Part shown: positions 34,626 through 56,699 of the stretch, piece after piece
How positions within the stretch are numbered: position 1 is the stretch's first letter
Layout of the letters: each line of letters opens with the position of its first letter
NCBI GenBank assembly: GCA_009914755.4
Contig: CP086569.2
Span: 7,712,001-7,776,000, forward strand
Length of the DNA stretch: 64,000 bases
Origin: the human T2T-CHM13v2.0 reference genome, Homo sapiens
Reading direction: 5' to 3'
Program-made: the position numbers and the translations under genes
Notes under the pieces: model-generated
Told to the model about the DNA's origin: nothing
What the model saw: only the letters and a program-made list of their open reading frames with translations
The model's database searches: none

Positions 34626-37600
34626 AGCAATATTTCACAAGGCACCTATGGTAAAGAATTTAAGCCAGAAGTCTAAACACCAGGGTACTAGGCCTAGTAA
34701 TATGACACAATCTCCTCATCTTCTAGGTGACAGCTTTAACTGTTAGCTTGGTGTTTATATTACAGTCACAACCTTATATGTGTTCTGCATCATTATATTG
34801 CACACTTTACAACATCCAGAGGCTTTATGCAACATACATGAGAGTCACAAACCACTCTGAGGCCTACAGGCTTGTATTTCCTCACAATCTTACATATTGC
34901 CTTAAACCCAGTTATGATTGTCAACATCTTTCTAATAGGCTGGGTTCAGACAGGAGACCCATTATTATGCCTATGATCTGGGTCCAAAAAATAGTCACCA
35001 TCTTACCTATAGCAAGATCTACATATAAAAGTGAAAAATTTCAACTTTGTACTTTATTTACTTGCTATTCTCAGGACTTCAATGTTCGCTTTGTAAATAT
35101 GGGATGCTGAAAACTTTTCACTCACCTGCACATGTAATCAAGAGTCATGATCTTAACCTTTTGCTAGGCCCTGTTTTAAAACTCTGTGTACCACCCAAGC
35201 AGTTTTTAGAGTATGAGTTATTGTTGTACACTGCTGTGAGCTTTCTACCAATATGCAAGTCACAACTTTAAGTATTTCCCTAAGTGTAGAGATGACAGGA
35301 AAATATCTGTTATTAGTGGAATCCCAATTTCAGTTTGATCATCATGACTCTGAATTGAATCAATGTAAATTTCATAATCCCATTTGTAGGAAAAAAATAC
35401 TTGGCAGGAGGGTGGTAGAACTGAGGTGCTGTGCCAAGCAATATGTCACAATGCCTTATCTATGGAGGGTCTAGAAATGAGGGTTACATTTACTGGGTGC
35501 TGGACCCAGCAATGTGGCACAATCCCAAGTTCTAAAACAACAAAAACAAACAAAACAAGACCAAGAAACAGACAAGTGATGAGAGCAAAAACTCCTACCT
35601 CATGTGCCCAAGATATGTAAAAATACTTTCTGTTGCTTGGGCACAAGCAAGACAGTTACAGCATCAGGGTGGGGGACACAGCAATATGCCATAATTCTCT
35701 CTTTATGCAGGATCCAGGCAGAAGAGGAACATCATTTGGGTGCTGGGCCCTGCAATATGTCAAAATTCCTTTTCATGTGTATGTTTTGGGAAAAAAAGAA
35801 GAGTCATATAAACTAAGTATTGGGTTTAGCAATATGTCACATCACTCCATTGTAAAGGCTCAGGCAGATGAAAAGAATTACATCACTTAGGAAACTGGCT
35901 CAGAAATATGGCCCAATGTCTGAAATAAGCAAGCCTCAGACAGAAGAGAAGAGTCATATTACATAGGTGTTTAGCTAGGTGTATGAAAAAAATCTAACAT
36001 GTGAGGTGAAGCCAGGCAGAAGGGTCACATTACCTTGATCCTGGTTCCTGAGATATGTCACAAGGTTCCCTTAGGACAAGTGTCAAACAAGAGAGTTACA
36101 ACAAATGGTTTAGATTCTACCTTTATATCACAATGCCCTTTGTGGGCCACACTGAAGCAGGGAGTTACATTTCCTAGGTGATACTCACAAGGATGTGTCA
36201 CAATGTTCTCCTTGAGACATGACTCTGGCAAAAGAGTACCATCACTTCAATGCCTGGTGTAGCAATATGTCACTATTCAGGAAAGCAGGACCCCAGCAGG
36301 AGAGCAACATTACCTAAGAGATTGGCCCAGAGATTTGTCACAGTGCTTTTTTTAGGACATGGCTCTAACAAAAGAGTATTGTCACCTGTGTGCCTGGCTC
36401 AACCATATGTAATTATCCCCAAATATGTGTAGGGCCCATTATAAAGAGCAGAGTTACATTATCTAAGTGGTTGACACAGTGATATATCACAATAATTTCT
36501 GTGGGCATGGCTAAGGCAAAAATGTAACATAACCTAGGTGCTAGATCTAATAATATGTCATGATTCTTACTGAGAGCAGGGCCCAGGCAGGAGAGTCCCA
36601 TCATGTAGAAGTAGGCACAGGTAGACAGTATAATAAAATATGTGAGCCAGAACCATTATGAAGAATTAAATCACACAGGTGCTCAGCAAAATTTATATCA
36701 CAATAACACTAGCAGAAAATTCCCATGATGAGATTTACAATATCACACATGGTCTGTTTTCTTGAGTGACTGTTAGCTTCATATAGGTGAGATGGTGATA
36801 GTCTTTACTGTCAGCTGGGTGTGCATTTGAGACTCACAGTTTCACCTTCTGCTGGGTTCTGTAGTGATGCTTTCTGTACAAGCTAAAGGCTTTATAAAAT
36901 ATGTAGCTGTTGTAATCTTCTTTGATTTTTTTTTTGTACCAGATAGAGATTTAACCACTCATGTCTCTAAAGTAAGTTAGGAGAGTCAAAATTACTTCTA
37001 TTTGTGGGATCCACATAGGAGAATCATTATCATGCCCATGAGCTGTGTTTGGGTATATGTCACAATTTAGTTTGTGGTAATGAAACAGGAATGACAGCCA
37101 AGTCACCTAAATAGTGAGTCAGAAATTTTCCGATATTCTCCTTGTACTCATGTCCTGGGCAGAAATGTTGCATAACTTGGGGGTTACATCAAGATGTATA
37201 ACACAATATCCCTGTGTGTGGTGTCCAGGCAGAAGAGGAGACCCATATCACCTAAATGACAGGCCCAGAAATATGTTACAAAGACTCCCCTTAAAAAGAC
37301 CAGGCAAGAGAGTCATATAATTTGGATGTAGTGCTTAGAAATGCTACAATCCCTAGTGGAAGCAGGGTCCAGGTTAGAGAGGAGTGTCAGATAATTAGAT
37401 GATGTGTCCAGAAATCTGTTACAATCCTTCTGGAAGATATTGTTAAGGCAGGAGAGTCAAATCATCAAGGTGATTAGTTGAAGTATATGTCCAAATTTCA
37501 TTTGAGGACTACAACTAGGCAGCAGTATTAAATCACTCAAGAGCTGGGCAACGGTATATGTCATAATAACATTGGTGGAAAGTTTGAGGAATGGGAGTCT

Positions 37601-40445
37601 CCATGTTGAATATGAACTGGATCCAGATTTAACAGTCATGATTAGTCCTCTTAAGTGGTCTTAGGTATATGGAACAATATCATCTGTGGGCAGAGAGCAA
37701 GCAGAAAGGTCACAACATCTAGGTGGGTCCTGGTCCAGTGAGATGTCACAATCTTTCCTTTGGGCAGGACCCTGGAAGAAGACTCACATCAGCTGGATAC
37801 TGGTTTTAGTGATAAATCAAAATACCCCCTGTGAGCAAATCTTAAGAGGGTGAGGAGACTCACTTTACCCAAGCAATTGGCCTAGATATATGTCAAAATA
37901 TTCACTATATGCAGAACCAACGTGTGACAGTGACCTCACTTTGGTGCTGGGTTTAGTAATATGTCACAATCTCCCCTCTGGTCATTGCAGGACAAGAGAG
38001 AAGAAACATTAGCTAGGTGCTCAGCCAAGTGATATATTACAAAGCTTCCTGTTGGCAGAATCCAAAATGGAGAGTCACACCACCTGGGCACAGTACCCTG
38101 TTATGTGTCACAATGCACTGTAACAGCAGGGCCAAGGTAGTAGAAGGGAGTCACATCACATATATGATGGATCTAAATGTAAGCCACAATCCCTTTCATA
38201 GACAGGAAAGAGACAAAGAATTCACATCACCTTGGTGCTGGTCCCAATGACATGTAAAATTGTCCATGGTAGGCAGGCCAAGGCACCTTTGCTTAGGTAT
38301 ATGGTCCACATATGTCACAATTTTATCTGTGGTTATGGCCTAAAAAGAAGAGTCAAATTATGCAGGAGCTGGGCTAACTATTATGTTCTAATCACACACT
38401 TGGAAATATTCAGAAATAAGTTTTATAGCCCTACACAAGTCCTGGATTTGTGCATGTGAGTCAACACCTCTTGTGAGTTGGGTCAAAGCAGAGGAGTCAC
38501 AGTCTCAACAATGGGCAGGATCCATGGAACAATTTCCCAATTCCACTTGAAGATTGTGTTCCAGTAGGAAAGTCCAGCCTCACAGTTGGGCTCAATATTG
38601 CATAACCAAACCATCCATGGGGTTATACCGTGTATGAAAGGAACAATTTCAACCTTTGAGTGTTCTTTTGTGTGAAATTTAATACTTTATTTGTAGGCCA
38701 TGTTCTTGTGTGAGAATGACAATCAAGTTAGCTGGGTGTGTCCATGATTCACAATAACATCTGGTTGCTATTCCCTGTTATGACATTGTTTGTACAACTG
38801 AGGCTTTATATGGTATGCCTGAGTGTCATAATCCTCTATGAACTTTATACAAATAGGAGACCCATTATTTTACTTATGGCAATAAGACTGGCTATGAGAG
38901 GCTCTGTCACAGGCAGGATAGTAACATCTTCCGGGTGCTTGGCCCACTCATATGCAATAATTTCTTCTTAATTCAGAACTCTGACAAAATTGTAATATCA
39001 TCTTTGTGGAATAGGTCAAAATTTCCCTTTGTGGGCATGGTTCAGAAAAAAGAGTACGGTCACATAAGTGAAACTCTAAGCTCAGCAATATGCCATAATC
39101 CCACCATTTTAAAGGCCCAGGCAGCTGAAGAAAATCATATCACTTAGGTCATGGGCTCAGAGATATGTCCCAATGTCCCCAGTAGGCAGGACTCAGAGAG
39201 GAGAGTTGTATCACTTATGTGCTTTTTTAGGTATATGTCACAATCTAACACATGGGAAGACACCAGGTAGAACAGACACATCACCTGGGTGCTGGGTACT
39301 GTGATATGTCACAAGGCTTCCTTAGGAAAACACCAAGGCAAAAGAGTTACATCATCTTCCAGTAGGTTTAATTGTTATGTCATAATGCTGTATGTGGGTG
39401 AGGTCCAAGCCTCAAGTCACATAATCTAGGTGACAGTCACAGAGATATATTACTATGCCTTCCTTGACATATAGCACTGGTGAAAAAGAATCATCACCAA
39501 TTTACCTGGCCTAGAAATATGTCACTTGCACCCACTCTGTTCAGGACCCATTCTAGAGAGGAGAGTTACATCACCTAATTGGTGGACATAGTGATATGTC
39601 ACAGTGATGTCTGTGGCCAAGGCTCAGGCAAGAATGTAACATCACCTGGGTTTTTGATCCAGTAATATGTCACAATCCTTACTGAGAGAAGGGCCAAGGC
39701 AGGAGAGTCACATCATTTATACGTTGGTCCAGGTAGAGATAACTATCCCATATATGATCTGGAACCAGTCTGGAGAGTCAAATCACACAGATGCTCAGCA
39801 AATGTTTATATCACAATCACACTGTCAGAATATTCCAGAGATGAGATTTACAATACCATACATGTCCTGCTTTCATGAGTGACAGTTGGCTTCATGTATG
39901 TGAGATGTGACAGTCCGTACTGTCAGCTGCATGTGCATATGAGACTCACAATTTCACCATTCTGCTGGGTTCTGTGATAACACTCTCTGTACAAGCCATG
40001 GGCCTTATCTGAGCCTGTTATAATCTTCTGTGACCTCTTTACCAGAAAGAGATATAAGAAATCACTTGTGTTTCTAAAGCAAGTTACAAGAGTGAAAATT
40101 ACTCTTATTTGTGGTGTCCACATATGAGAGCTACTATCATGCCTCTGAACTGTGCCTAGATATATGTCAAAATTTATTCTGTGGTAATGAAACAGGCATG
40201 ACAGCCATGTCACCTAAATGCTGAGCCAGACATTTTCCACTATTCTCCTTCTAGACAAGTTTCTGGCAGGAAAGTCGCATAACTGCGGGGCTGCATGAAA
40301 CTCTATGGCACAATGGCCCTTCTAAGCAGGGTTCAGGCAGAAGAGGAAGTCACATCACCTAAATGATAGACCTTGAGTTATGTCACAATTTCTCCTGTTG
40401 AAAGGGCCAGAAATGTATCATTTCCAATTATACTCAATTATACTC

Positions 40446-46583
<6,138 letters not shown>

Positions 46584-46592
46584 TATACTCAT

Positions 46593-47500
46593 TTTTATGT
46601 GGAGTAGTTTGGTATCTCATTTTGGCTTTGATTTTTTTCTAATAATTAATAATGTTGAGCATCTTTGTTTGTAATTGGCAATTAGTATGTTTTCTTTGGG
46701 GAAATGTCATTTAAGGTCTCTCGCCTATTACTAAATAGGGTATTATTATTGCTCTTAAAATTGTTATATATTCTGTCTGGTTATACTCTGTCATACATAT
46801 ATTTTGCAAATATACTTTCCTTTTTTTTTTTTCTTTGGATTCTGGTAGTTTCACTTGTCTGCTTTTGTTTTTGTTGCCTGCACTTCTGGGGTCTTATTTA
46901 AAATTTTTTTCTGTCCTCTTTGATAAAGAATTTCTCTTTGCTTTATTGAAATCATTTTATAAGTTTGAGTTTTATATTTTAATCTTCTATTTATTTTTAA
47001 TTATGTTATTTAAATATGGTAACAGGTAGGCATCTAGTTGTATTACTCAGTATTTAAACAATTAATTTTACTGGCACCATATATTGATGTGGTTGACTTT
47101 TCTTAAATGTGTGTCCCAAACAGTTTAAAAATTATTTGGCTCTACATTTATTAGTTTATTACTGGAATCAGTGGACACTTTGGTCTATGTGTCTGTTTAC
47201 TATACCAGTATCATGCTGTTTACTTATTACAGCCTTGCAGTATATTTTGAAGTCAGGTAATTTGATGCTGTCAGCTTTTTTCTATTTTAGAAGATAACGT
47301 TGGCTATGTAGGGAGCTTTAATTTTTCCCTATAAATTTTAATGCTTTTTTTAATTTCTGTGAAAAAATGTCATTGGTATTTTTACAGAGTTTGCATTGAG
47401 TCTGTTGATTACCTTGAGTAGCAGATCCATTTTAACAATATTTTTATAAGTCATGACCAAAATATACTTCTCAAGTTTTTCATGATTTTTAATCTCTTAA
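46593..47500 (-). mobile_element. Ancient L1 (L1M-like) 3' portion of ORF2. It is the target into which the full-length L1 inserted.
   Basis: The reverse complement encodes degraded 'MLNI…KAKMRYQTTPH' (matching L1 '[15 protein letters not shown]'), and at about 47200–47300 '…PDFKIYCKAV…' (matching [10 protein letters not shown]). Confidence 0.6.
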
Positions 47501-47559
47501 TCAATGTTTTATAAGTATCGTGCAGAGAGTGTTTATCTTTTTAATTAAGTTTACTGCTA

Positions 47560-48100
47560 CGCACCTTTATTTTTTATTTTAGATGCAGCAAAATTACTCT
47601 GAAAAATTTAACATGCCTTTGTGATTAAAACAACTGAACAGTTTAGGTATAGATGGTATGTACCACAACACAGTTAAGGCAAAATTTGACAAATCAATAG
47701 CTGATATCACACTGAAAATAAAAAGATGAAAGCCTTCTACTTAAGACGTAGAAGAAGACAGTGATGTCACTTTTACCACCTTTATTCAACACATTACTGG
47801 AAGTCTTAGCCAGATTATTTGTGCAAGAGAAAGAAATGAAAGACATCCAACTAAAAAAGGAGAAAGTCAAATTTTCTCTCTTTGCAGATCACATAACTGT
47901 TTATATAACAAAACTTAAATTACTACACTAAAAATCTTGAGAATTGATAAATTAAGTAAAGTGGCAGAATACCACATTACATAAAAAAGTTGTAAGAGCA
48001 TATTTACATGCCAAGAATCAGCCATCTGAAAAAGAAATTCAAGAAAAAAATATTTACAACAACTATAAAAACTAAGTCTTACTTCATTTCAGCCTGAAGG
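47560..48100 (+). mobile_element. Ancient L1 ORF2 reverse-transcriptase segment in opposite orientation to the adjacent fragment (twin-priming-like inversion)
   Basis: The + frame reads 'GIDGMYHNTVKAKFDKSIADITLKIKR…[74 protein letters not shown]'. This matches L1 '[92 protein letters not shown]…[21 protein letters not shown]', which lies immediately upstream in L1 of the segment found at 46593–47500. Confidence 0.6.
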
Positions 48101-50934
48101 CTGAAAAATTGGACTGCTGATTTCAAATGAAGCCAGCTCTTTTCTAACAGTTTTTCTCTGAATAACGTCCTCCTGTGCAATAGGAAAAGGAGGTGGAGCC
48201 ATTGAAATTCATACCTTTTGGCAGCAGAGGAGCCTGGACTCTTAAATTGCTATGTGGTGACCTGGTGTTCCTCAATCTGTGAGGTCCGGACCTGTAACAG
48301 GATTGCCTCTCACTTTGCTGAGTTTTTTTCTTTTTTTTCTTTTTCCTTTGGGCCCAGTAAACTTTACTTCTTGCCCTCCAGTGTATTCATTAGCCTCTTC
48401 CTTCATAATCATGTGACAAGATCCTTGTTTTAGCTTAACTAAGGAGTAATTTCTATAAGATTTCATTGTCTAGATGTGGGGCTTGAGGTAAGGTAAGATG
48501 TAAATCAAAAAATCTTTTCCTATTTTGTTTGTAAGTCTTTTCATTCTTGGACTTCTCCTGAAGTCCAACACTTCAGGAGACTTCAGGGTAGGGACTCTGC
48601 AGTACCCTACCCAAACAGCCCCAGGCACATGTAGGATGCATAGTTGAATGGTGGCTCCTCATTCCCATCTCCTCTGGGCTGAAAAATGCCAGGTGTCTTC
48701 TCCTTCACTGGCCAAGGGATCCAGCCTCACCCAAGAGAAATTAAATTTTTCTCCTTGCTGAAGGAACCTGTTTTCATAAGAATGAAAAGGTTCTTTCCTG
48801 CCCTACACTTCAGCCTTTTTTTTTTTTCTTCATCCTGTCAGCAATTTACTTTTAAGCAGAAGATTTTGTTCTTCCTCTTACGGAATGTTTTGCTGGGCTA
48901 TGCTCCAACAATCACTGCTTATATTCTTTGCAGAATTTTAATTGTGAATAGGTATTTTTAGGTTGGTCTAGAGCTGTGGCCAATCTAGTTGGCTTTGTAT
49001 ATCATCCTCTATGGTTGTTAGGAAATTTTGCTGCAGGCATCCATTTTGTTTTATATTTTTAGGAACATGACATGTAACAGTGTGGCAATGTTTTGTTTTG
49101 GCCTCCGTCATTTTACAAAGATGGCCCAGGTTTAATGCTGGCTTAAGGAAAGAGCCCCTTCTGGTTTTATATCAACATGTAACATTTGCCATTTGCCGAT
49201 TCTCTTCCCCTTTACAAACTGCCTTGATTTTTTTTCTTCCTATTTGTAAGTTAGCTTTGCTAAAATCTGAAAGCCAGAAATGGCGGCTTGGTGCTGCTAG
49301 AGTCAGGTAATAGAAAATTTGAAAGGACTTCCTTAAAGAGTCCTCAACTTGATTAAAAGTGGATATCCAAAGTATAGGTATATTTAAAAGACCTTTATGT
49401 TTTTCTCTTGTTGCATGTTGTTTTGCTGCTGAAAGTGTTTTTCTCAGCCAACTGAATTCTTTTTCTTCATTTTGTCTAGCCACTCTAATGCATGCAGTAG
49501 AGGCCAGTAATTCAATCTGGAAACTGGCAAATAAAACCCTTATGCCTACTGGGTTTTCTTCTGCCTATGTAGTTATATATGTGTTGTCAGTGTGATGTCT
49601 ATATATAGAGCTCTAATAAACTTAAAGTGTGATAAGAACTTTGAACAAATATTTATCGAAGGGAAGAAAAAAAGATGTGTACCTTTTTGTCTACCTGACT
49701 TTTAATCTTTGAGAAATAAAAACAGCCTTAAAAATTATCATTAAAACACAAAAGTCATCAATGTGTCAGTGGGTGGACTAAATTAAGCAGGTCAGATACT
49801 AGTTTTCATAAATGTTTGAAGTTTATAAACAGCATTTTTGGGTTTTGAGAACAATTCAACTTTGCTTCATTATTGGTAAGGCCTGAGGACAAACAGAATT
49901 AACCATACACTTAATTTGGCTGGAAGGAAGTCAAATCCTTACCGCACCAAGCACATAATTAAAATAATTTACCTGATTTTACATTAAAGTCAAAATTACT
50001 AGAATTTACCATTCTAAAACATAATTAAAAGCACTGGAAGTAGATTTACATATGAGTAAATGATTTACCTACAGTAAAATGTGTTTCTAATAAAAAATTA
50101 TAAGAAGTCATGAATATATAAATTCTTGACTAGGGTAAAATGTTTATTCTGAATTAGATAATATAAAGCTAAAAGTTCAAACAAGTTTTGGAAGGATTGT
50201 AAAATTAAATCTTGCCAAAGGAATTCTCTTTGTGAACATTATTTAAATTTAAAAGATATTATATGGGTTTTTTGTAAATTGGGCCATGAAATAAAGTACA
50301 ACAAGGTATTCTTATGGCACAAATCTGTTCCTTAGCAAAATTTGTAAAGAATTCTAAAAGGTTTTTGCTTTCTACATTTCTAAGTCATCATTTTGGTTAA
50401 ATGATTGATTTAACCAAATTAATTAATTAACATATTTAGTGATATTGTCTCACTCTGGACAATCTCCAACCATGCTCAGGTGCTTGCTGAAGCCAAAGCG
50501 AATACAGAATGGGTCTTAGAAGAAGGTAGTCATCAATACCAGCTACAACCACTTGACCAGCTGAAGGACTGTAACTGTTGTATGTATTTTCTCCTTCTTT
50601 TGTTAAAAACATTTTTTTGTTTATACACTCATACTTAGAAAATATCTTCATTTCCTTTTTCCTTTATAATGTGTTATAAGATTTATTAACTTTGCATTTG
50701 CATTTAAGTATTATTAACTTCATGTAATGATATTTGGGTTGGGGATTGGTGCATTTCCAGATGTATGAAGAAAAGTTGTATTGTATTAGGCATAATTGTG
50801 ACTTCATTATTTTGTTTATTCAAAGATTATGTATAATCTCAGTAGATGTGCATGGGTTCAGGTTGCCAAGGGGTAGACTTGGGATAGTTAGTATTGTGTG
50901 TCAATGTGATTGTATTGAAGAATGAAAATTATTA

Positions 50935-51330
50935 ATCCTCAGTGTGTCTGTGAGGGTGTTCCTAAAGGAGATTAATATTTCAGTAAGTGACCTGCAAAAG
51001 GCAGACCCTTCCTTAATCTGAGCAGGTACCATCTAGTCAGCTGCCAGCATGACTAGCTGCCAGATAGAAAAATATAAAAATATGAGACTGGTCTAGTCTC
51101 TCAGCCTACATTTTTCTCCCATGCTAGATGCTTTCTGCTCTAAAACCTCAGGCTCCAAGTTCTTTAGTTTTGAAAACTGCATAGGCTTTCCTTGCTCCTC
51201 AGCTTGCAGATGGCTTATAGTGAAACCTTTGATGAATACAACCATTCAAACTCTTTCCACAGGGAGGGAGAAAGACATTCATCTTAACTTTGGTTTTCAG
51301 TTTTAAAGAGCATAGATGTGATGCTTACTC
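50935..51330 (+). mobile_element. MaLR-type solo LTR (MLT1/MST-like)
   Basis: 'tctgtgagggtgttcctaaaggagattaatatttcagtaagtgacctgcaaaaggcagaccc…ctcagcttgcagatggcttatagtgaaacc' parallels the MaLR LTR consensus ('tgagggtgtttccagaggagattaacatttgaatc…ctccagcttgcagactgcagatcgtgggact') as I recall it. Confidence 0.5.
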
Positions 51331-51539
51331 TTTAATTTTATAACCAAAATCTGTTATCATGTAGGTTTGACAGAAGAATGTATACCCTCTCTGTCACTTT
51401 CCAAAAACTCAGTGTAAGAATTGGGTGTAAAAAAAGTCTTTTGTGTGGCACCTGACTGCTGCACAACAAATATCCTTTTAAAAAATTTAAACTCAGGTCT
51501 TGAAGAATTTTCCTAAAGTTTAGATGATTCACATTAATA

Positions 51540-54500
51540 AGAAAAATGTTTAAATGTCATGAAAGAAACCCTCATGAAAAATATAAGCAGAAACAGCTAG
51601 CACCATTGGAGAAATACTGTAGATCCTTTTATAAGCAGGCATTGAATATAACATAAGTAACGTAATGAAATTTAAAAATAAAACAGTAATATTAAAAGTG
51701 TGGTCAAGTATTAAAAGATAATAATAAAGGATAAGATAGGTCTGAAAATCTAGAGAGAAAATAGAAATCTATGATGCAATAAATACAGTACGTGGAAAGT
51801 AAAAACTCAATAGAGCACTTAGAGAACAAAAGTCAAAAACAGTTTAATTCCTTGAAAGACCTGAATGAGTAAACTAAAAGCAGAATTTTATTCCCAGAAA
51901 AGAAAGAAAAATTCATAAAAAATAAAATGACTGAAAAAAATGCTGAAAGATTTTCTAGAACAGAGATTTTTCTCTGTAAGAAATTTCTAGGAAAAAAAGA
52001 GGTCATCCTTGAAGAAATGTAGTAAAAAAATGGCAAGCAGTTATCAACAAAAATGGATAATAATACATTTCATACAATTTAATGAAATAAGATAGAATTT
52101 AAAATATCATATTAAAGCATACAAAATAAAACAAATCAAAACAAAACATAAGATCTTGAAATTTTTCTAAAGCTGGTAAAGATATTGATTAGTTTTAAAC
52201 ATAAGATATACTTTTTTCAAGTCATGAGAATATATAAAAATGATGAAAAAATATTACAGGTTAATACAACCAATTTTAAACAGGAGATGAAAGTGAAACT
52301 TAACGTGGAGCAAATATAAATAAAAACTTAAAATTATAGACATATATCTAAACATTTAAATCATTACAAGTTTAAATTAACATGTCAATTAAAAATATAT
52401 CCTTTTAAAAACCAGAGCTCTGTGCTGCTTATGAAACATACATCAAACACAAGGCAAGAAACAGTTAATAAATTAGAAAAATTGATATACCTGGTAAATT
52501 CTATGCCTCTAGTAAACACTGCATATTTTCAGATTTAAAACAACAATTAATACTATAGGAAAAATTACGGTCACCTAGATAACAACCAACTGTCAGTAGA
52601 CTAGGAGGATAACACAATTTTAATCTATACTTCTACAATATAGGCAGCAAAAATTGATGAAATTATAATAAATTAATTACATTAAAATGAAACATTTTAA
52701 TACAACACTCCTAGATTATTGGTTCAGCAGAGGTCAAATTATGTAAGATGCTGTTCAAAAACTTTATGCGACAGGAAGTTATAGGATATAGTATTTAGCA
52801 ATGCATATTGTTCTAAAAATTCAGAAACATTTAAAGACATACTATGCCATAAGGCAAGTCTAAATACATTTCAAATGTTCATGTATTATCAAGAACACAT
52901 TATCTGATTCCAATATAAACAAGTCTAAAAATATACATATTTTTAAATCCTCTATATTAGAATTATATAAGACAGACTTCTTAATAATGCATGAAAAAAA
53001 ATTTGACATTCTAAACTAAATAATAGTTGAAAATGTTAAGTATCAGTGCTTTTGGAAACCTGATAAAAGAAAAGTTAGTGATGAATTAAAAGGTTAAAAT
53101 GTTGTATTTCATGAAGAAATAAGAAGCTGGCACTAGTATGTGAATCATTTGTTATAATTAGGAAAAGAAGAAACACATACACCAAAAGAAAAAAAAAAGC
53201 ATAAATAAAAAGATAATAAATGAAGAGCAGAAGTTAATCAAAAAGTAATAGAATTAGTTCTTTGAGAAGACTATGAAGCTCACAAATCTTTGACCAGATT
53301 GATTGAGCAAAGAAATAACACATAATATTAAGACATAAAGACAGGGGAGGTTCAGATAGGCAGCAGAAATTTAGAAATACAACAGTATTAGGAACATCTT
53401 TCTGCAAACAAATTTTATTTTTTTCAGTGAAACAGAAAAGTCTCTACAAAAAAGTCAGTTACCCAAACCAACTCAAGAAGAACTAGGAAACTGCACTTGC
53501 TATATCATTTTGAAAAAATGCATCCACATTTAAATTATCCCTATAAAAATGTATTAGAATACACTGCTTTTATAGTTCGATTCTACCACACATTCAAGGG
53601 AAGAAATGTGTCTGAAAAGTGAAAAAGAGAAGAAAAACACAAAAGCCTAATAAATTTTCAAATTAATAAAGTCTTGTTACTACATTCAAACAAAAAGTAT
53701 GAGAATTAAAAACAAAAAAAGATTAATATTACTTCCAAACAACAATGTGAAAACATGAGCAAAATATAAGTATATTATTTTGTCTTCACACAGCTGTGAA
53801 GAAATACCTGAGACTGGGTAATTTATAAAGAAAGGAGGCCTAATTGGCTCATATTTTCTCAGGCTGTGCAGTAGGCATGGCTAGAGGCCTCAGAAAACTT
53901 ACAACTATGCAAGAAGGCCAAGGGAAATCAAATGTTTCTTCACATGGTGGCAGGAAAGAGAGTGTAAAGGGGAAAGTGCCACACATTTTCAAAAAAATTC
54001 AATCTCATGAGAACTGATTTACTATAAGGAGAACATAAAGAGAAAGTCTGCTCCCATGATCCAAACATCTCCAACCTGGCCCCCCAACCCAAAACATGAG
54101 GGTTAAAATCAGCATGAGATTGGAGTGAAAATAGAGCCAAACCATATCAATGAGCAAACACATGTAAGCTTACACATCATAAATGCATATCTACACTAAA
54201 TTAATTTCAAAGAGAAAAGAGTGGCTCAACTTAAGAAAACCTATTAATTTAATGCATTATATTAATATACTAAAGTAGGAAAAAATAGAATTACATCAAG
54301 GAATACAGAATAAGCATCAAATAAAACATAATAGCTATTTATAATGAGACATTAAAGTACAAAAGAAGGAAATGTTCCTTATCTGAGAATACTTCATTCA
54401 AAATCAGGAGAAAGACAAGAAGGGTCACTATTACCATTTCTCTTCAACATTGTCCTTGAAATTTTTAACTTATACAATAAACAATACTAATAATAATACT

Positions 54501-54649
54501 GTAATACATAAGAATTGGAAAGAAAGAAGTAAAATATTCCTCATCCATAGATGACTTGATTGTATACATGGACAACTTCAAAGAATATACAAACCATATA
54601 TATTAATAAGAAAACTTAAAAAATTTTCTAGATGTGGTATCAAGATGTC

Positions 54650-54650
<1 letters not shown>
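51540..54650 (+). mobile_element. Ancient L1 (L1M-like) 5' two-thirds: A-rich ORF1 region, then the start of ORF2 (about 52420) through the reverse-transcriptase FADD motif. Interrupted by a THE1/MST LTR.
   Basis: 'ELCAAYETYIKHKARNS' (matching ICCLQETHF..KDTHRLK) at about 52420. At 54380–54640: 'SENTSFKIRRKTRRVTITISLQHCP*NF…IGKKEVKYSSSIDDLIVYMDN', matching '[58 protein letters not shown]'. Confidence 0.65.
53775..54140 (-). mobile_element. THE1/MST (MaLR) LTR inserted in the ancient L1
   Basis: The reverse complement of THE1 LTR motifs: 'acctgagactgggtaatttataaagaaaggaggcctaattggctcat…ctgtgcagtaggcatggctagaggcctcagaaaacttacaactatgcaagaaggccaagggaaatcaaa…tctgctcccatgatccaaacatctcc…gcatgagattggag'. 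Confidence 0.75.
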
Positions 54651-56450
<1,800 letters not shown>

Positions 56451-56699
56451 GCTGCAGGGACAAATGGAGGACATTGTCATCTAAATTTAAATTTTTGGAA
56501 GATCGCCACTACCTATTTAAAAGAATTAACAGTCACTCATCTAGAAGTGGCAACATGATGCTGCCAGTGGGAATACAGGGTATTCCTACTAGGAAAGACT
56601 AAGAAAAACACAATTGAGCTCCTGAATTTTCTAGAAAAGGAAGGGTATCATTGTCATTTTCCCAATTTTCTGGAAAGAAGGGTATTTCTCTGTTTTTCC

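Noticed and set aside
49172-49483. 103-aa minus ORF in the 48.1–50.4 kb stretch not assigned to any repeat
   Set aside because: I recognise no protein motif. The composition is AT-rich with neighbouring poly-T and AATAAA-like tracts, more consistent with a degenerate LTR or ancient repeat. There is no splice or start context. I left it unannotated.
48100-50930. Possible LTR or ERV-related sequence (for example 48230–48470, 49300–49620 with 'aataaa')
   Set aside because: I could not match it to a family by eye (it is not THE1, MST or LTR7-like), so I have no defensible call.
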